Part shown: positions 41,680 to 54,330 of the stretch, piece after piece
How positions within the stretch are numbered: position 1 is the first letter of the stretch
How the letters are laid out: every line of letters begins with the position of its first letter
From: Octopus vulgaris
Lineage: Eukaryota
NCBI GenBank assembly: GCA_951406725.2
Contig: OX597820.1
Coordinates: 58,094,001 to 58,158,000 of the forward strand
Direction: 5' to 3'
DNA length: 64,000 nt
Notes under the pieces: model-generated
Told to the model about the DNA's origin: nothing
Database searches by the model: none
What the model saw: only the letters and a program-made list of their open reading frames with translations
Made by a program: the position numbers and the translations under genes

Positions 41680-42051
41680 AAGGCCCGAAATTTGGGGGGA
41701 GGGGTCAGTAGATTAGATCGACACCAGTACGCAACTGGTACTTAATTTATCGATCTCGAAATGATGAAAAGCAAAGTCGATCTCGGCGGAATTTGAACTC
41801 AGGACGTAAAGACAGACGAAATACCTATTTCTTTATTACCCACAAGGGGCTAAATACAGAGACAACAAACAAGGACAGACAAACGGATTAAGTCGATTAT
41901 ATCGACCCCAGTGCGTAACTGGTACTTATTTAATCGACCCCGAAAGGATGAAAGGCAAAGTCGACCGCGGCGGAATTTGAACCCAGAGGTAGACGAAATA
42001 CCGCTCAGCATTTCGTCCGGCGTGCTAACATTTCTGCCAGCTCGTCGCCTT
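41680..42051 (-). mobile_element. Composite (dimeric) family B SINE
   Basis: Two central blocks joined at gacgaaatacctatttcttta. Confidence 0.88.
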
Positions 42052-42159
42052 GCGTTGCTTCATTATATTAAAGATTTGGATTATGACTGATTTCTTTGCA
42101 TAGTTAAGGTTGTTGACTGCGTATCACTTGAAATTCTTTCATTATGTTAAGGTCACATG

Positions 42160-43130
42160 TATGGTGGTGTGTTCAAAAGACTCGCTTCGCAACCATGTAT
42201 TTTCAGGTTCAATTATTCTGTGTCCACGGGCCGCCCAATGCCTTATGAGTGAATTTGGTTGGCGGTAAATTTGGAGAAACCCGTCGAATATTTATATGTC
42301 TGTGTGTGAGTATTTGTGTATAAATAAATATATAGATACGTGTGAGTAACTTTGTGTTTATCCTCAACACAGCTTGACAATCTGTGTTTATTTGCGTTCC
42401 GTAACTAAGCAGTTCGGCAAGGAGACTGATATAAGAAGTACCAAACTTAAGAAAAAATAAGTATCTAATTCTATTTGACCCACTAAACCCCCCAAGACGG
42501 TACCCCCAGCATGGCCGTTTCAGATCAGTGACTGAAACGGGTAAAAGAATATATGAAAAAAAGTATAAGCTTATAGTTAAACTTATAGAAATCATAAGAT
42601 TTGAATAAGCATTTCGACGTACTAGAAAAGGCAGCTAAACCCCCTTCAATGCATATGCTATCATTTTTTAAAATGAAGGAAACATCGGGTAATGTAGTTC
42701 TAGATACAGTATTCGATGGTCTATCTGAAAATAAAATTGGATGGTCATATTTAGAATGGTTGGATCATAAGGCTAATGCTCTCTCTATTCCTCTCCGGAC
42801 ACCCTCCCCACTTTTAGTCAAATAGATCTACCCCAGTACTTTCTTTTTAAGTCTGGTACTCATTCGAACGGTCGTTTAGGCTGAACCACTAAGTTACGAG
42901 AACGTAAACCACCAACATCGATTGTCAGAAGGTGGTGAGGAACATACACAGACACGAACACACACACACACACACACACACGTACGGCTAGCTTCTTTGA
43001 GCTTCCGTCAACCAAATCCACTCCTAAGGCTTTGATCCACCCGAGCTTATAATAAAATACACTTGGCCAAAGTGTCATGCAGTGGGACTGAACTCGGAAG
43101 CAAACTTCTGACTACACAGCTACGCCTGCA
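42160..43130. mobile_element. Two decayed family C SINEs in convergent orientation (42160-42550 +, 42820-43130 -)
   Basis: Family C core and tail motifs on opposite strands. Confidence 0.7.
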
Positions 43131-43143
43131 TTTAAATGTACTG

Positions 43144-43197
<54 letters not shown>

Positions 43198-43727
43198 GTG
43201 TGTATGTGTGTGTGTGTAGCTTGTTTGCGCGTGCGTGTGTGTGTGCTTGCATAAAACAAATGATACAGAGAATGGAACACACGGGAAACTTCATTGCTCA
43301 CAACGATCGTTTGAACACCACCATCCCCCCACACACACACATACACACACACATATATATATACATATATATGTGTGTGTGTGTGTATGAAATTGTATGA
43401 AAGAGTTCCCAAACTAGTTCTGTCGCTCCCCCAACAGATATATACAAACAAGTGAACTGACACCGGTGAAATAAAACTTACAGATATTTTGATCCAAAAT
43501 GAAGGTGTGGAACCTATGTAAATGTGTTACAAGCTCTAATCCCATTATTTGGAACCTTTCTGTATTTTCAGCAGGTATCTGAGGATTTCAAGCGTTTAAC
43601 CTCTTAGCCAGTACGCTTCTTCTGAGTGAGGCGACAAGGATGGAATTAGCCTTCCCCTATACCTGTATTCTGCAACCTATTTTCACTTGCGGTACACATA
43701 TTCTTTTCAAGATTCGGTGGCACACCT

Positions 43728-44240
43728 ACATGAGGAATGTCTAAAGGATCATGGGAATAGGAAGTTCGGTAGCGGTCCCAGCCGCAAGTATATCCCTGTT
43801 GGGAGAATGTCTTGTTTGCCGTACATTTTTCACAGACGCAGGGACAGGAAGGGTAGAACCCGCCGGTTGCCGGATCAGACGCTTCCGTTCACCAGAGTCA
43901 CGTTAGCCGAGTACGGCCCTGATACCGCTGGGTGTCAGAACAATCCACCTTGGGTGGCCCAAGCAGAAACCGACGTCTCCGACGGCAGAGCTCTGACACT
44001 CCCGTTTCACCCCCTTACCACGATGGGGAGGGGGTTGGACTGAGGAGGGGAGGCTGATCTGGAACCCAACCTAGGCCCCTATGTCTACGGCGTTCGCAGC
44101 TGGAATAAGGAGTGGTTGGAGATCACGCGATCGTTGGCCTCGAATCGCCAGGCCTGGTCGGCGTTTGTGAGAGATGCAGCATTGAGGATGAATGAAGCCG
44201 GCTCAACCCAACCCGGGTGAATGCTGCCTCAAGACAAGAA
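43728..44240 (+). mobile_element. Short RTE-derived element (non-coding GC-rich 5' part fused to RTE ORF end) with a 12-bp TSD, inside a hAT-like MITE
   Basis: TSD GGTGGCACACCT at 43716-43727 and 44241-44252; EADLEPNLGPYVYGVRSWNKEWLEITRSLASNRQAWSAFVRDA..GSTQPG* then atgctgcctcaagacaag. Confidence 0.85.
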
Positions 44241-44696
44241 GGTGGCACACCTGAACTAAAAAATACAATTAAAAGTATAGCGAAAAAAAATTATATTCAA
44301 GTTACACTACAGCACTCCTAACATCGCCTCGTGGCACACCAGTCTGCTGCGACACAACGGTTTTCTCATCAGCCACAACTACCTTGAGCTGTTCTCAACT
44401 GTCATAACTATTCACCGAGTGGCTTTCTTCGGTTATTTAGGTTGCAAAGAAATATTCAGCAAGATTATATCGTTAATTTTTTCTTGATATTTTTATATAT
44501 TGTTTATTTTGTTTTTTCTCTACATGGAAACAAAATGTAATTACATTAGTTCATATTTTCACAACGAGGCTTTTGATGTATAGTCTTTGATCTAATATAT
44601 ACTTCGGTGTATTACGTATTTATTTTTTCAATAAATGTGTATGTGCACGTGTATTTGTATCTATATTGTATTTACACACACATATACACACACACG

Positions 44697-44736
<40 letters not shown>

Positions 44737-44839
44737 AACTCGTGTGTGTGCGTGTGGGTGTGTTCGCGCCTTTTTCATGTGCGTCATATTTATATATACA
44801 TACGTACACATGTATGTATGCATTTATATATGTAGGTAG

Positions 44840-45225
44840 GTGCAGGCGTGGCTGTGGTAAGAAGCTTGGTTCCCAACTGCATGGTTCTGAGTTCAGACCC
44901 ACTGCACAGCACCTAGGACAAGGGTCTTCCACTACAGCCTCATGCCGACCAAAGCTTTGTGAGTGAATTTGATAGACAGAAACAGAAAGAAGCCCGTCAT
45001 ATATGTGTGTTTAGATATTTGTGTGTGTACATTTGTGTGTGTGGGTCTTTGTGTCTGTATTTCCCCCCCCCATCAACGCTTGACAACCGCTGTTGATGTG
45101 ATTATGTACCTGTAACTTAGCGGTTCGACAAGAGAGTTCGATAGAATAAGTACTAGGCTTAAAGAAAGTCCGATTTCTTTGACTGAAGCAAGCAAAAGAG
45201 TAAAATAATAAAAGAATGTGTGTGT

Positions 45226-45272
<47 letters not shown>

Positions 45273-45730
45273 CGTGCGTGTGCGTGTGTGTGTGTATATA
45301 TATATATGCATATATACCTATAGGCGCAGGAGTGGCTTTGTGGTAAGTAGCTTGCTTACCAACCACATGGTTCCGGATTCAATCTCATTGCGTGGCACCT
45401 TGGGCAAGTGTCTTCTACTATATCCTCGGACCGACCAAAGCCTTGTGAGTGCATTTGGTTGACGGAAACTGAAAGAAGCCCTTCGTACATATATATATAT
45501 GTGTGTGTGTATGCATGTGTATGTGTATGTTTGTGTGTCTTCTTCGCTCTCCCCGGCATCGCTTGACAACCGATGTTGGTGTGTTTACGTCCCCGTTACT
45601 TAGCGGTTCGGTATAAGAGACTCATAGGTTACGTACTGGGTTTACCACGAATAAGTTCTAATTTACACAACTAAAGGCGGTGCTCCTGCATGGATGGCCG
45701 CAGGCAAATGACTGAAACAAATAAAAGAAC
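44840..45730 (+). mobile_element. Two consecutive family C SINEs (44840-45200, 45322-45730)
   Basis: Each has a gcagg(a/c)gtggct..tggtaag head, the core and a gactgaa..aaaag tail. Confidence 0.85.
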
Positions 45731-45732
45731 AG

Positions 45733-45796
<64 letters not shown>

Positions 45797-46286
45797 ATGA
45801 TAATAATCCACGATAGGATTTATAAATATTATAATGCATCGTTACGCGCGTTTCCACAATCATATGAGCATATGATTTTTGGAAACGTAGCTAGGCATTG
45901 AAATATTTACAAATTCTAACCAAGGATTATTATTATAACTATATCTTTCCTGCATTAAGGCGGCGAGCTGGCAGAAACGTTAGAACGCCGGGCGATATGC
46001 GTAGCCGTATTTCGTCTGCCGTTACGTTCTGAGTTAAAATTCCGTCGAGGTCGACTTTGCCTTTCATCCTTTCGGGGTCGATAAATAAAGTACCAGTTAC
46101 GCACTGGGGCCGATGTAATCGACTTAATCACTTTGTCTGTCCTTGTTTGTCCCCTCTATGTTTAGCCCCTTGTAGGCAATAAAGAAATATATATTTTTCC
46201 TGCATAATATCGGCACAGCTCGGTGCAGCCCTCAAAGAACTGTTATTGCCAGTTGGTATCATTAGGCATAATAAGATAGGAGCTTT

Positions 46287-46331
<45 letters not shown>

Positions 46332-46839
46332 CTCCTCCAGAACTGTCTGAGAACCGCGATCGGTTTCTTTACATCCTGCAACTTTGCGGATCGTCAAAAC
46401 ACAACCGATAGAATAAGTACCAGACTTACAAAGAATAAGTACAGCGGTCGATTTGCTCGACTAAAACTGGTGCCCCAACATGGCCACTGTCTAATAGCTG
46501 AAACAAGTAAATGACAAAAGATAAAACGATCCCCTCGTATTTTCATGAAGCCTTTCAAAACAATCACTTTTGAACATCAGAGATTCTGAGACCACAGTTT
46601 TTGTAAATAAAATCATTGGTATTTGTTTTTAATCTTTTTTTCTTCTATTTTCAAATTGGAAACTGATTTGTATTCGAGGACTTACAACCGCAGTACTATT
46701 TTTTTCTTTCCATAAATACGTTTCATTTTCATTTGAAGTGTGTAAACATATATTTTGTTTATGTGACCAAAATATAACTGCGTACAAAATAAAATATATT
46801 AATACACTTTAAAGGCAAAACAAAATAAATTTATTATAC

Positions 46840-47250
46840 AGGAGTTGTTGTGTGGTAACTAGCTTGCTTACGAACCACATAGTTCCAGGTTCAGTCCCAC
46901 TGCGTGGCACCTTGGATAAGTGTCTTCTACTATAGCCTCGGGCCGACCAAAGCCTTGTGAGTGGATTTGGTAGACGGAAACTGAAAGAAGCCCGTCGTAT
47001 ATGTGTATATATATGTATGTGTGTGTATGTGTTTGTGTGTCTGTGTTTGTGCTCCCCAACATCGCTTGACAACCGATGTCGGTGTGTTTACGTCCCCGTA
47101 ACTTAGCGGTTCAGCAAAACAGACCGATAGAATAAGTACTAGGTTTACAAAGAATAAGTCCTGGTGTCGATTTGCTCCACTAAAGGCGGTGCTCCAACAT
47201 GGCCACAGTCAAATGACTGAAACAAGTAAAAGAGTAAAAGAGTAAAAGAG
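46840..47250 (+). mobile_element. Full-length family C SINE
   Basis: tRNA-like head with ggttcagtcc, CORE-like ggcaccttggataagtgtctt, internal TA/TG microsatellite, (GTAAAAGA)n tail. Confidence 0.9.
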
Positions 47251-47509
47251 GACAAAATATATCAATACATTTTAACTGTTGTTTTTGACGGTATTTATGA
47301 GTTAAACAAAAAAATATTTATAATAAACAAGCCTTTTAACTTATTATCTGAAATTTGAGGGGCGGGATAGTAAATTATACCCACGCTAATACTCAACTAG
47401 TAAAGTCGGACAAAATGTCACTAAATATTTTGCACGGCGTGCTAGCGTTTCTGTCTGTTCTCTGCCTTAATGAAAAAAATGTTTTAAATTAATTATAATA
47501 ATAATCTTT

Positions 47510-47901
47510 TCTACTCTAGGCACAAGGCCAGACATTTTGGAGGAGGCCACTCGATTAGATCGATCCCAGTACGGAAATGGTACTTAATTTATCGACCCCA
47601 AAAGGATGAAAGGCAAAGTCGACCTCTGCAGAATTTGAACTCACAGTACAGACGAACGAAATACCTATTTCTTTTCTACCCACAAGGAGCTAAACACAGA
47701 GAGGACAAACAAGGACAGACAAATGGATTAAGTTGATTATATCGACCACCCCAGTGCATAAGTAGTACTTATTTAATCGACCCCGAAAGGATGAAAGGCA
47801 AAGTCGACCTCGGCGGAATTTGAACTCAGAACGTAACGGCAGACGAAATGCCACTAAGCATTTCGACCGGCGTGCTGATGTTTCTGCCTGCTCGCCGCCC
47901 T
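47510..47901 (-). mobile_element. Composite (dimeric) family B SINE
   Basis: Same junction as 41680-42051. Confidence 0.88.
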
Positions 47902-47936
47902 AACAACAACAACAACAACAATAGTAATAATAATAA

Positions 47937-48271
47937 GTGGGGGAGCATCCTAGCCATGTATTGAGAAGGATTACTTGGGGTTTGAATAATTCACCTCTGG
48001 AAACATGAGTGCTTTGTTCAACATCCTTAAACAACCCTTATTCAGGGACCTTTTGAGCAGGATGGGTTACTTGACCCGAAGAAAATTCTAATTGGGCCCC
48101 ACCTGCAAGATCATGTGCTGTTTATCTTGATGAGAACACCATGTCGCGTACATATGGTTGTGATGCATGTGCCTAGTGTACCCTTATCAGACGGGTAGTC
48201 ATGATGGGTATACTGGGCTTCGTATATTTTACCCCAGTGTCACTTTGATGGCATGCACTGCTCTCTCACTC
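47937..48271. mobile_element. Unclassified ~335-bp insertion within (AAT)n
   Basis: GC-richer block bounded by AAT repeats on both sides; no recognisable protein. Confidence 0.5.
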
Positions 48272-49468
48272 AATAATAATAATAATAATAATATTTATTC
48301 ATTAATTTATTTTATTTGTTTACTTTTCTATTTTCTATTTTTTCATTTTTACTCTCTGTCTCCACCTTTTTCTCTATCACATGACTCCGCAATGGATGGA
48401 CGGACGGACGGACGGATGGATGGATGGATGGATGTGTGTTGTGTTGTGTTTTGCGTGTGTGTGTGGGTGGGTGTGTGAAGTTTAAGGACAATAGACATTG
48501 CTAACACAGGAGTAATAAATGTTTCAGAAAAAAAACCTCTGGGACTTTAACGTCCGAATGATAAAAAAGTGTGCCTTAACGTTTCGGAGATTAGTCCTTC
48601 AGACATTTATGCGTTAAAATTATCTATCTTTGTCAAAATTTATTCTTGTGTTCTGCTTTTTAATGCTTATGTCTATATTAGGTCTCTTCGAACCCAGACC
48701 TTCATGTACAAAAAAAACTAAGATGAGGTTAATATAATCAATTAAATACATCCCCTCGAAACTATTGGCCCTGTGCCCCAATCAGATGCCATTATTATTA
48801 CTCTTTCTTCATTATTAAGGCGGTGAGCTGAAAGCATCTTTAGTACGCCGGACAAAATGCTTAGTAGCATTTCTTCAGACTCCTTTACGTTTTGAATTCA
48901 AACGTCGCTGCAGTCGACTTTGCTTTTCCTTCCTTTGGGATCAATAAGATAATACGTCAATTAATGGGTCGATATAATCGACTTATCGCTACCCTCTCAA
49001 AATTGGTAGTCTGTGCCAAAATTGGAAAGAATTATAACTACTACTACTACTACAACTACATGTACGTGCTCTGTGAAAAGATTTGAGTGCTCAGAGCGAG
49101 CCCCGCCGGCTTGCATACTACTACTACTACTACTACTACTAGTAGTATTAGTAGTATTTTCTGATGTGTCAGAATCGGTAAAGTAGCTATGTATTCAAAA
49201 CCCGTGTTTGTCAGATTTTTCTTTCATCGATCCAGGCTTTACAAATTTAGTACTAGTAGAGTTACTGATGTCTATATAATAGACTGTTCATAAAATTTTG
49301 GGCTTGTGCCTATGTTAGTGATCGCTAGAGGAAAGGAATATAGTGGAATATGTGAGACGTTGGGAAATATACCTTTTGGAATTTATTTGTATTTCTTTGC
49401 ATTCTGATTTCAAATATCAGATACACTTCCATAATTTAAGACACTTCGTAAAATATGAATGAACCGTA

Positions 49469-49564
49469 TACGCCATATGCCCGTGGGCCCACAGGTATAT
49501 GGCGTAGTAATTAAGAGCGCGGTCTACTAACCCCAAGATTCCGAGTTCGATTCCAAGCAGTGAA

Positions 49565-49602
<38 letters not shown>

Positions 49603-49779
49603 CAACAACATCGAAAAATACCTTAGGAATGAGAACCCAGGTTCGAAATTTCCCCAACACACATGATGAAGGCTGGAGGATATATCAGCTGAAACGTTGT
49701 GTAAACATCTAACATGATGAGGACAAATATCCGTCAAATGTAAATAATGTACATAATTCCTCATCTTTTAAATATAGAA
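49469..49779 (+). mobile_element. tRNA-headed hammerhead SINE (family H) with a 5' foldback
   Basis: 19-bp-arm palindrome 49469-49506; A-box tggcgtagt, B-box agttcgattcc; (AAT)n(AAC)n linker; acac-ATGATGA-aggctg..cagct-GAAACGTT-gtgt (49659-49702); ends at aatatagaa, the same terminus as 22181. Confidence 0.88.
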
Positions 49780-51189
49780 GAGTGTGAGTCATTTATTAAT
49801 CGACGAGTCTGTCATTAGTATTTTATCAGTGGCGAAAATTTTCTGCTGTATATTACTCATGTTTTATCACCCACCACAAACAATCCAAAGAATGAAAAAA
49901 AATCGACGTACACCTTGCTATCATTCCGAACTGCGATTATAGGGAAACGAAATTATATTGTCAAAACTCATTTAATCTGTGCTCCAGAATTCCTGCCAAC
50001 GCATTGAGATATATATCATGGAATTTTATGTAGCTCTCTTTACATTGTTAAATGGAAAATATTTGCTTTAAGGTTAAAGGTTAATAATATAGCTGCATCT
50101 AAATCTGATACCATATGAAGCGAAATATTTAAAGTGTTCCTTTCGTGTATTTATATATTTATTCATATTGTTTTTCACTGTTTAGCTATCTGACATTTTA
50201 TTCCCACCACGTCTGCAAAAGTGCAGACTCAAATCTTCATTTAAATAGCATATGCAGGAGTTCTTCAATTTGAAAGACAGAGGAAAAAAATACAGAAGAC
50301 TAAATAAATAATGAATTCAAAAATGGGAGTGGGGAAGCATAACAGATTTCAACAATGGAATATGAAAAAAAATAATAATAACTTTACGAAAATAATAACT
50401 TCATGAAATATTCATACAGAGTGAGAATTGCTAGTGTGTGCAAGGAGTGTAAGATTATTGTACTATACTTGGTTTAATAGCTAACAGCCATATTTACATA
50501 TTTGCGCACATTCATATAATTCAAAACTATCCATAGATAGCCTAAGCTCAGATTAACTTGCATATAAAGGTACAAAACCTACGTTTTGTATTTTTAATGC
50601 AATATACATTTATATACACCAGCTCACAAATATACATACTATTATTTACGGTTTAAAACACATATAAACTGACGCTGGAAATATCTGAAACAGTGTTTAC
50701 AAATACTGACATAACACGCAAGGCGTAACAAAGAAATATATCAGTTTCCTGTCCACCACGTCAAAATGTATGGCAAAAGCTACACTCTTTGCAATCTAAA
50801 GTGGCGATGTTGTTTCACTGGAAGCTGGAGCAGTTTAATTTACTTGCGCTGTTAATACACTCTAGAAAGGAATCAATATTCAAACATATTTCTTTTCTAA
50901 AATGTAAGGCATTTGTACTAAGGCAGAAATAAACCAAATCACAAATCCAATTTCTAGCAATCAAGAACAATGGAGTTTCAATTCTTGGTCGGAACCATTC
51001 CATTTACCCTACCTAAAATAATTCTATCTAATTTTTTCACACAAGGCAAGCGATATTGAATGAAAGTAGAAGTCAATTACATGGCCTCCACTGCTCAAAT
51101 GGTGCTTATTTTATAGACTTTAGAGGGATCTGAACTCAGAACATAAACATCCGGAAATACCGGCTGCCTTTTCTCCTCCGGTAATAGTT

Positions 51190-51582
51190 TCAAATTTTGG
51201 CACAAGGTCAGCAATTTTGGGGGCGGAGGTAAGTTGATTACATCGTACCCAGTGGTCAAATGGTACTTATTTTATTGACCCCAGAAGACTGAAAGGCAAA
51301 GTAGACTTCAGAGGAATTTGAACTCAGAACGGAAATATGCACGAAATACCTATTTCTTTACTACCCACAAGGGGCTAAACACAGAGAGGACAAACAAGGA
51401 CAGACAAACGGATTAAGTCGATTACATCGACCACAGTGCGTAACTGGTACTTAATTTATAGACCCCGAAAGGATGAAAGGCAAACTCGACCTCGGCGGAT
51501 TTTGAACTCAGAACGTAACGGCAGAGGAAATACCCCTAAGCATTTTGACCGGAGTGCTAACGATTCTACCAGTTCACTGCCT
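51190..51582 (-). mobile_element. Composite family B SINE
   Basis: Two central blocks; junction acgaaatacctatttctttactacccacaagggg at ~51341. Confidence 0.85.
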
Positions 51583-51740
51583 TCTCTTGTACTAATTAAT
51601 TCCTTTTCTACCGAAACACATATCTGTGGAAAAACAGGTCATATTATTTCATATTTCTTTTACGTAATTTCTATGTCCGAAAATTGATGTTCTCCAGAAT
51701 AGAATCTTTGTGGCTGTTATTGCTGTATTATGTTGTTGTT

Positions 51741-52350
51741 AAGGCGGTGAGCTGGCAGAAACGTTAGCACGCCGGGCGAAATGCTTAGCAGTATTTCGTC
51801 TGCCCTTACGTTCTGAGTTCAAATTCCGCCGAGGTCGGCTTTGCCTTTCATCCTTTCGGGGTCGCTTAAATAAGTACCAGTTACGCACTGGGTCGATATA
51901 ATCGACTTAATCCATTTGTTTGTCCTTGTTTGTCCTCTCTGTGTTTAGCCCTTTGTGGGTAGTAAAGAAATAGGTATTTCGTTCGTCTGTACTGTGAGTT
52001 CAAATTCCGCCGGGGTCGACTTTGCCTTTCATCCTTTCGGGGTCGATTAAATAAGTACCAGTTGCGCACTGGGGTCGATATAATCGACTTAATCCGTTTG
52101 TCTGTCCTTGTTTGTCCCCTCTATGCTTAGCCCCTTGTGGGCAATAAAGAAATAAGAATCGTTACCGCACCGGATGAAATGCATAGCGAAATCTCACCTG
52201 TCACTACGTACTAAGCTCAAATTCTACCTAGATCGAGTTTGCCTTTCATCCTCTCTGGGGCGATAAATCAGGTACCAGTGAAACTCTGAGATAAATGTTA
52301 TCGACTTCCCCCTTCCCCAAAATTTCAGGCCTTGCCTATAGTAGAAAGTA
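51741..52350 (+). mobile_element. Trimeric family B SINE array
   Basis: Three gcctttcatcc blocks at ~51843, ~52024 and ~52241. Confidence 0.88.
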
Positions 52351-53429
52351 TTATTTGTTGTTGTCGTTGTTGTTGTTGTTGTTACTATCGTGTAGGGTGA
52401 TTGGCATTAAATAGATGTGTTTCTAGACATCCATTTCTCTTTCACATTCACACACATTGACACATTCACACATTCAGAAAGATATGTATACATGCATTAA
52501 TACACATATATAGATACATAGAGCGTCTCATTTTCATGAGATACATTTTATTTGTGCTTTGGTAATGAATTATACACTCTCGTTTATAAATGTGCTTATT
52601 CCAATCCGAGTTACTTGCATTTAATTTGTGTACGATCATTACGAGACACCCTATATATGCTGACACACAAACAAAGACACATGCTAATACTCTCAATCAT
52701 ATATACAGTGACCTACACGCAAACACATGTAAAGATATACAGCTACTTTTGGATGCAAATATGCATACACACGCAAGAATGTAGTTATATAATAGCAGCA
52801 GATAAAGACGAAAACATATTCAATGAAAGATAAAGATTACAGTTTAAATAAGTACATAAAATATCAGTGAAAAGAAATACGGTAGAGTGGAAATGAATAG
52901 CTTTGTAAAAAGTAGAGTGAGGAGAGGAGGTGGTTGAAGTGGGAAAAAAAATGTAGTATGTAGAAATACTGAGATGTCTGTGAATAGAAAAAAACAATGA
53001 AATTAACTCACAAACTAAGAAAAGAGAGCAAGGAAGACGATAAATTGATTCGTATAAGAGGATTAATGAATATATATTTTTCGTTTCTACTTTTTATATA
53101 TAAAATAATATTGATGATGATGATGATGATGATGACGATGACGACGACGACGTTGATGATGAACATTTTTCATGATCATTTTCATTATTGTCATCTAACA
53201 ATATCATTATCTATCATTATCATCTAATATCATCAAGGGTATAACCTTCGCCTCCGCCATCATAATCATTTTCATAATATTCAACTTCATCATCATCAAC
53301 ATCATCATCACCGCAGTCATCATCATCATCATCATCATGACCAACACCATCACCGTCCCCAGAATCACTATTGTAACGTTCTCTTTGATTACTGAATATG
53401 TCGGCATCAGACGGACATTTTGACCAGCG

Positions 53430-54330
53430 GAAGCCATTTCTTCCACGAGAAGCCAAAGAGCAAACGTTTCTTAAATGAAAAGATGCAATGACAAGACATT
53501 ACAATCTAGCCAGGAGTTAACATTGCGGAGGCGATAGATGCATTCGCTTGACATTTCAAGAATAGCGTTCTCTCAGCCGATTTCTAAATGAGGCGGGCTA
53601 CATGGCTCCTGTTCTGTCCGATTTTCAATTCACCTGGAAGTTTGAACCATGCCAGTTCTCTAACACCATAACGCCTTACCATACCTGCAACCAGTGACGA
53701 AGAAGAAACAGTTTCCACTTGCCTCTCTAGAGAACGAATTGCAAGTCCACCGATTTGTGCATTTATTAATATGTACTCTTGTTACCACCCCGTCTTACTT
53801 TAGAACAGTACCCACCGTTTCAGTTTCTGAGATGTCAGAAAATACGATGGCGATGTCGTCCGCTTACGCAGATACGGTTCTCTGTGTTTTTCCAAGCAGG
53901 AGTGGAATATTTCTCAAGATATCACGTTATACAAGGAAACAACCCAGCCTCTGAGATGAAGATGAAACAGGTCAGACTTTATATAGCAACTGTCGGGGCT
54001 GAAGCCTTTAGTTTGATCTATAGTTATCATGGTTCTTCCGAAGCCAGGTTTTTTCCAACATTATTACGATTTGTTACATAAGACGCAACTAGTCCCAAAG
54101 TGACTACACTACCATCGACATGCATCGACCACTTTCGGAGCATCATTGCTAAACTTTTTCTACTCTGCATTTAGCAGAGATATGGAATTGAAATTACCGA
54201 TGATAACAACCATGCTCACCTTTCAGCAAGACTAACACGGCCACGCTCACATAAACTGAAAAGTACACAGATCTTCAACCCTGGGGAATTTAACGAAAGG
54301 CGTCTATCAAGATATTAGGGTCCAGCTCTG
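53430..54330 (-). pseudogene. Decayed L1/Tx1-type LINE reverse transcriptase
   Basis: Minus-strand motifs in order: DQTKAF (54001-54018), GWVVSLYN, SA*ADDIAIVF (YADD relic, ~53840-53872), GGLAIRSLE (~53725-53751). Confidence 0.65.

Noticed and set aside
48575-48606. Minus-strand CTGAAGG..TCC-GAAACGTT hammerhead-like motif
   Set aside because: The core is incomplete and there is no stem I; at most a decayed relic.
53110-53360. Poly-Met/poly-Asp ORFs
   Set aside because: (GAT)n/(ATC)n trinucleotide repeats.
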